Position numbers and translations under genes: made by a program | Part shown: in pieces, positions 59,500 to 64,000 of the stretch | How the letters are laid out: every line of letters starts with the position of its first letter | Numbering within the stretch: position 1 is the stretch's first letter | Assembly: GCA_963977015.1 (NCBI GenBank) | Contig: CAXBMO010000017.1 | Location: 1 to 64,000 of the forward strand | Reading direction: 5' to 3' | DNA from: an uncultured bacterium | GTDB lineage: Bacteria; Verrucomicrobiota; Verrucomicrobiia; Verrucomicrobiales; DEV007 | Length of the DNA stretch: 64,000 nucleotides | The notes under the pieces: model-generated | Database searches by the model: none | The model's input: the letters and a program-made list of their open reading frames with translations, nothing else | What the model was told of the DNA's origin: nothing

Positions 59500-61401
59500 C
59501 GAAGCCGCCTTGTGGTTTTTGGTTCGGCTCTCGACGAACTTGACGGCAGGAACGCCTTCAATATCATCGATGAACTCGGAGGTTCCCGACGCAGTCAGCG
59601 CCAGGAACGACTCCGCCCGGGTGATGCCGACATAGAAGAGGCGGCGATCTTGAAGGCGCTCCGCAGTCGATCCAAAGCGGTAGGGCAACTTGTCCGTCCA
59701 AACGAGAATCACCGCCCGGTACTGGAGCCCCTTGGCTGAGTGGATCGTTTGCAGCTTCACGGAAGAGCGGTCCAGTTTTCCCACTTCGCCGAATTGAACC
59801 GGCACTCCGCGAGCCGTGAGATCCTTCGCAAATCTCTTCAGCAATGCCTTATCATCGGCATTGCTCGCCGGATAGAGGACGCCGATTTCCTGCGGCTGCA
59901 ATGGCGCGATTTCGCGCCCATCCCATTTCCCGGCCAGAAGTTGATCAATGATTCTGGCAGCCTCCCGCAACTCTCCCTTTCGATGACTGGCCCGAATCAG
60001 GAGCGGGCTGGCACCGGTGCTGCGAACACAATTCGTCATCTCCACCCGGACGGAGGCAATGGTCTCTTCATCGGTGCCTTCTCCGATCTCGGCGGCGGTG
60101 GCGAAGGTTTCCGCCAGAGCCACGATTTCGCTGGGGTTGCGGTAGTTTTGATGGAGGAAATAGCGCTGCGACGTTGTGCGCCCCCGCGCCTTGATGCCGA
60201 GAGCCGCCCAGGAGACTTTCGAGCGCCGATAAAGCCCCTGCGAACCATCGGCCACGATAAGCAAATCGCCATCGACCGGATCCCGATGCATCGCGAGCAG
60301 GCAGCGAAACCAGTTCGGCTCGAAATCCTGCGCCTCATCAACCAAAATCACATCAAATGCCCCGCTGTGCTTCGATCCACCATTCAGCCGAGCCAGGAAC
60401 CGGTCGCCCAACTCTTCATCAAGACCTTTGGCATCGAAGCGCTCGCCATTCTGATTGGCGAGGCTGTGGAAGGTGGCCACCGTCACTTGGGGCAAATCGG
60501 CCAGCTTCTCCTTCAGCCAGCCAACCAGGGCGCGATTGTAGCAGGTCAGCAGAATCCGCGCGTCCGGATTTTCTGAGGCGACCCGTTTCGCCCGTGCCAG
60601 GAGAATCAGCGTCTTGCCGGAACCGGCCACGCCGTAGAGAATGCGATGCCCTGTCCCCAACGACAACGCAAAGTCCTGCTGGCGTTCGTCCAGTTCCTTG
60701 AGCAACCCGAGTCTTTCGGAAAGCGGGAGAGGCGTGTCCGCTATTTTTTTCAGCGATACCCGATCATCAAAGAAGATCTCTGGACAAATCTCTGTTCGGA
60801 GCGCTTTCAGGTGCTCATGAGCCATCTTTGGGATTGGCCAAAATGGCGAGAAAAATTTCACGATCTCAGCCTGAAGCTCCTCCGGGGAAAGCGTCTCCCA
60901 AACATCGAGGGTTGTCTTCGTCACAAAGCGCTCCCGTGGGAAAATCTCCAGCAATTGGTCCTCTTCCAAATCCGCATCCTTGAGATTCGGCAAAACGCCA
61001 AAGCGTCCCATGGGAAAGCGAATCCGTCCCTCGTATTCTCCATCAGGATGCGAATAAACCGGCGCAAACTCGGACTCCGTCAGTCGATTCTTCAAATCAA
61101 ACATATAGTCCCTCGCTTGCCGATCTGGATGCGTGCTGGTTTCCATCCCTCCGGTCTTCCGATTTCGCAAGGTCACGGTTTCCGACGAGCCACTCACGAT
61201 CGAATCCCGAAACCAACCTTTGACCTCAATCACGAGAACCCCATGGGTCGGAAGAATCACGACAAAATCGGGATACTTTCCCGCGATGCAAGGCTCGTAA
61301 TAAACGAAGCAATCGCCGGGGAGTTTTCCCAGAATGGCGTGAAGCCGTTTTTCTCCAGCAGTTGCCTTCGACTTAAGGATTGAGGGGATTAATTGTGCCA
61401 T
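59437..61401 (-). CDS. NERD nuclease fused to an SF1 (UvrD-like) helicase
   Basis: PDFVV...VIEVKG, GVAGSGKT, VDEAQD, L.QNYRN, TIHSAKGLQY, YVGITRA. Confidence 0.9.
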   Translation of the reverse strand: MAQLIPSILKSKATAGEKRLHAILGKLPGDCFVYYEPCIAGKYPDFVVILPTHGVLVIEVKGWFRDSIVSGSSETVTLRNRKTGGMETSTHPDRQARDYMFDLKNRLTESEFAPVYSHPDGEYEGRIRFPMGRFGVLPNLKDADLEEDQLLEIFPRERFVTKTTLDVWETLSPEELQAEIVKFFSPFWPIPKMAHEHLKALRTEICPEIFFDDRVSLKKIADTPLPLSERLGLLKELDERQQDFALSLGTGHRILYGVAGSGKTLILLARAKRVASENPDARILLTCYNRALVGWLKEKLADLPQVTVATFHSLANQNGERFDAKGLDEELGDRFLARLNGGSKHSGAFDVILVDEAQDFEPNWFRCLLAMHRDPVDGDLLIVADGSQGLYRRSKVSWAALGIKARGRTTSQRYFLHQNYRNPSEIVALAETFATAAEIGEGTDEETIASVRVEMTNCVRSTGASPLLIRASHRKGELREAARIIDQLLAGKWDGREIAPLQPQEIGVLYPASNADDKALLKRFAKDLTARGVPVQFGEVGKLDRSSVKLQTIHSAKGLQYRAVILVWTDKLPYRFGSTAERLQDRRLFYVGITRAESFLALTASGTSEFIDDIEGVPAVKFVESRTKNHKAASLVGRHGLKNSPNAADLVGSD

Positions 61402-61473
61402 CGGTGCCCGAATTATAATTATGGTAATTATAACATAGGCAACCTGTCGGTGCTCAACTAATTTCTTGTAGCC

Positions 61474-62205
61474 ATGACTTCAAACGATCACCAACCAAAA
61501 ACCGCACTTGTCACCGGAGGCGGCAGCGGGATGGGCGCGGCGATTTGCGGGCATCTGGCGGAGTTGGGCTACGATGTAGCAGTTCATTACCACTCGAGCC
61601 GGGATTCTGCGGAAGCGGTGCAGCGAGCGGTGGAGAAGAGAGGCCGGCGCGCGCAACTCTTTCAGGCCAATCTCGCCGTTGAGGCGGAGGTTCTGCGAAT
61701 GAAGGCGGCCTTTCGCGAGAGCTGGAGTCACCTGGATCTCCTGATCAACAACGCCGGCGTTTACCACGAAAAAGCGTTCGCCGATCTGACGGAAGCGGAG
61801 TGGTTCACGGAACTGAATTCGACCGCCACCGCGGTTTACTTTACAACGCGGGCGTTTCTTCCCCTCATCCGTCCCGCCCGCGGCCGCGTCATCAACATTG
61901 GCGACGGCGCTTGTGACCGGCCCGGGGCTCGCGAGATGGCGCCGGCCTATCACATCGGCAAGACCGGCGTATTCATCCTGACCCGCAGCTTCGCCCAAGC
62001 GGAGGCGGCCCATGAGGTGGCCGTGAACATGGTTTCACCCGGGTTGCTCGAAACGAGTGTCGGCCTGGGGGCGTCGGATGTGGTTCCTTCGGGACGATTT
62101 GGCCGCTTTGAGGATATTTTTGCCGCCATCGACTTTCTGGCGACGGCGGAAACCCGCTACATCACGGGGTCGAACCTCATCGTCGGCGGCGGCTGGAATC
62201 TTTAA
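61474..62205 (+). CDS. SDR oxidoreductase (pteridine reductase/FolM-like)
   Basis: TGGGSGMG, VAVHYHSS, NNAG, YHIGK. Confidence 0.85.
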   Translation: MTSNDHQPKTALVTGGGSGMGAAICGHLAELGYDVAVHYHSSRDSAEAVQRAVEKRGRRAQLFQANLAVEAEVLRMKAAFRESWSHLDLLINNAGVYHEKAFADLTEAEWFTELNSTATAVYFTTRAFLPLIRPARGRVINIGDGACDRPGAREMAPAYHIGKTGVFILTRSFAQAEAAHEVAVNMVSPGLLETSVGLGASDVVPSGRFGRFEDIFAAIDFLATAETRYITGSNLIVGGGWNL

Positions 62206-62218
62206 AGATTCTCCAATC

Positions 62219-62902
62219 CTACGAGCCAACGCGTCCCGCAGCCGGCACACCAGACCCGCCCCCCTCCATGGCGCGAATAAACCGGTCGGCTTCGGCGATG
62301 GAGCGATTCATTTCACTGATGAGATTGGCGGTGTTGATCTCGACGGAGCGCAGTTCGCTTTTCAACGATCCCACGACTTGGGCGTTCAGGTTGTGCTTCA
62401 GGAAAAGCACGTTGTCGCGAAACTTGACCAGCACGGGGTCGAGCGTCCCTTCGGCGCGGCGCATGGCGGACATGAGGCCGTTGTAGCGGCTCTTGGTGTC
62501 GGCAAGTTGACGCGCGCTGGCAGCCCGCAGGCCAGCATCGGAATACTGGTTCAACTCACGTTCCCATTCGCGAAATAAGGATTTGGCGACGCTTTCGACC
62601 TCGTCGTTGCGGTCTTTGACGGCGCGGGCTTTGGATTCACTGCGCTGATATGCCGAGTTCAGCCGGTTGTAGGTCGATTCCAGGCTGCCGCCCTTGTAGT
62701 TGACTAGACTTGAGAACTGCTCCAGCGCAGATTGAAACTCTTCCTTGCTCTCGGACTGGGCTTGGCGTGCCTTGAGCACCCGCTTCACCAGAATTTCCCG
62801 TTTCGCGACACCAAATTGCTCCATCGTGCCCAGAACCACGGAATCGCACGAGGAGAGGGCCAGGGCAATGACCGGCAGAATGAAGAGGGGGGATTTTTTC
62901 AT
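62219..62902 (-). CDS. DUF2959 family lipoprotein
   Basis: LSSC lipobox, KREILVKRV, LF.EWE.EL, VLFLKHNLNAQ. Confidence 0.88.
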   Translation of the reverse strand: MKKSPLFILPVIALALSSCDSVVLGTMEQFGVAKREILVKRVLKARQAQSESKEEFQSALEQFSSLVNYKGGSLESTYNRLNSAYQRSESKARAVKDRNDEVESVAKSLFREWERELNQYSDAGLRAASARQLADTKSRYNGLMSAMRRAEGTLDPVLVKFRDNVLFLKHNLNAQVVGSLKSELRSVEINTANLISEMNRSIAEADRFIRAMEGGGSGVPAAGRVGS

Positions 62903-62990
62903 CAACCAATTCTAGCCAAAATCGCGGCGGAGTCGATTCCGTTTTTGCGGACTTGTTAGAACCGATTCGCTCGGTTTGGTCTGGAAGATC

Positions 62991-63821
62991 ATGGGGAATC
63001 TCTGTCTTTCGGGAAAACAGCGTCTCACGAGCTATCGCAAGATCGCGATCGCGAGTTGGAATCACCCACGCGATCCCCAAACCTACGCCTCGGTCGATCT
63101 ATCCTACGAAGCGGCGGAAACTTTTCTCGAGAACTTCCCTTCTCCCATTCCCGTTTCGCTCACCCATTTCGTCGCAAAGATTCTCGGGCATTGCTTCGAG
63201 AAATACCCGGAGTTCAACCACGTTCTTCGCCTCGGAAATCTCTACCAACGCGCCGATGTCAGCATTTTTGTGACGACCCTGATTCGAACCAAAGAAGGGA
63301 AGGACCTGTCTGGCTTTCTGGTCAAAAACGCCGATGGAATCGGTTTGGCCGAGATTGCCAGTGTTTGCGACGCGGCAGTGAAACAGCTCCGAAATGGCGC
63401 GGATTCGGAAATGGGCCGGGTTCAACGCATGGTGGATCTCATGCCGGTTTGGTTGGTAAACTGGGTGTTGCGGGCCCAGGACTTTGCGCAAAACACGCTG
63501 AACTGGAATCTCCGTTGGCTCGGCATTCCCTGCGATCCGTTCGGCTCGGTCATGCTCAGCAACATCGGCGCGCTCGGCCTGGACAACGCGCATATTCCGC
63601 TGTCACCCTATTCCCGCTGCCCGGTGATGGTGGGGCTGGGGAAACCCCGGGAAATCCCGGTGGTTCGCGATGGAAACGTGGTCCCGGGAAAGGTCGTTCG
63701 GATAACGTTCACCTATGATCATCGCCATGCCGACGGCGCCCATGGAGCGATGATCATTCGCCGCTTTCAAAAGGTTTTTGAGAATCCCGAAGGATTCCGC
63801 CAAATCTTTGAGTCAACATGA
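62991..63821 (+). CDS. 2-oxoacid dehydrogenase E2 catalytic-domain-only acyltransferase
   Basis: LSNIG, DHRHADG; no lipoyl domain. Confidence 0.85.
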   Translation: MGNLCLSGKQRLTSYRKIAIASWNHPRDPQTYASVDLSYEAAETFLENFPSPIPVSLTHFVAKILGHCFEKYPEFNHVLRLGNLYQRADVSIFVTTLIRTKEGKDLSGFLVKNADGIGLAEIASVCDAAVKQLRNGADSEMGRVQRMVDLMPVWLVNWVLRAQDFAQNTLNWNLRWLGIPCDPFGSVMLSNIGALGLDNAHIPLSPYSRCPVMVGLGKPREIPVVRDGNVVPGKVVRITFTYDHRHADGAHGAMIIRRFQKVFENPEGFRQIFEST

Positions 63822-64000
63822 GTTCCCATCTGACCATGCTTGAGCGCGAGTTCTTTCAGCAGGCTCCGGAAGTCTGCGCGCGGGAATTGATCGGAACGGT
63901 TTTCACGTGGAATGGCTGCAGCGGCATCGTCGTGGAAACCGAGGCCTATGCGGAGCACGGCGACGAAGCCTGCCACACCTTTTTCCGGCCCAGTGCCCGC
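63818..64000 (+). CDS. mpg: DNA-3-methyladenine glycosylase (partial, runs off the window)
   Basis: Manual translation gives FF....EVCARELIG...GIVVETEAY....DEACH. Confidence 0.85.
   Translation, partial: MSSHLTMLEREFFQQAPEVCARELIGTVFTWNGCSGIVVETEAYAEHGDEACHTFFRPSAR

Noticed and set aside
1-64000. tRNA/rRNA genes and an integron integrase
   Set aside because: None recognised by eye in the window.

Overview
GC-rich bacterial chromosomal window. Gene content (DUF1501, DUF1549/1553, DUF1552, DUF1592-type proteins, planctomycete-type cytochromes c, arylsulfatase, short EF-Ts) points to the PVC superphylum, probably Verrucomicrobiota; this is an inference. The first ~6.2 kb is the distal part of an integron-type cassette array with three recognisable attC sites and no integrase in the window. 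The second attC carries a complete antisense group IIC-attC intron with an RT ORF. The third attC carries, at the equivalent position, a ~60-bp miniature consisting only of the 5' end and domain VI of a related intron. The rest is mostly ordinary chromosome: proA, trhO, alr, rimK, corA, mscS, rpsB-tsf, a lolD-like gene and a two-component cluster. Also present are a RAYT transposase between two 83-bp REP doublets, a ~200-bp MITE beside a truncated mscS, a three-gene prepilin cluster, a degenerate aldo-keto reductase fused to a ChdC/chlorite-dismutase domain, an atypical folP and a NERD nuclease-helicase. All product calls come from motif recognition by eye; no database searches were run.
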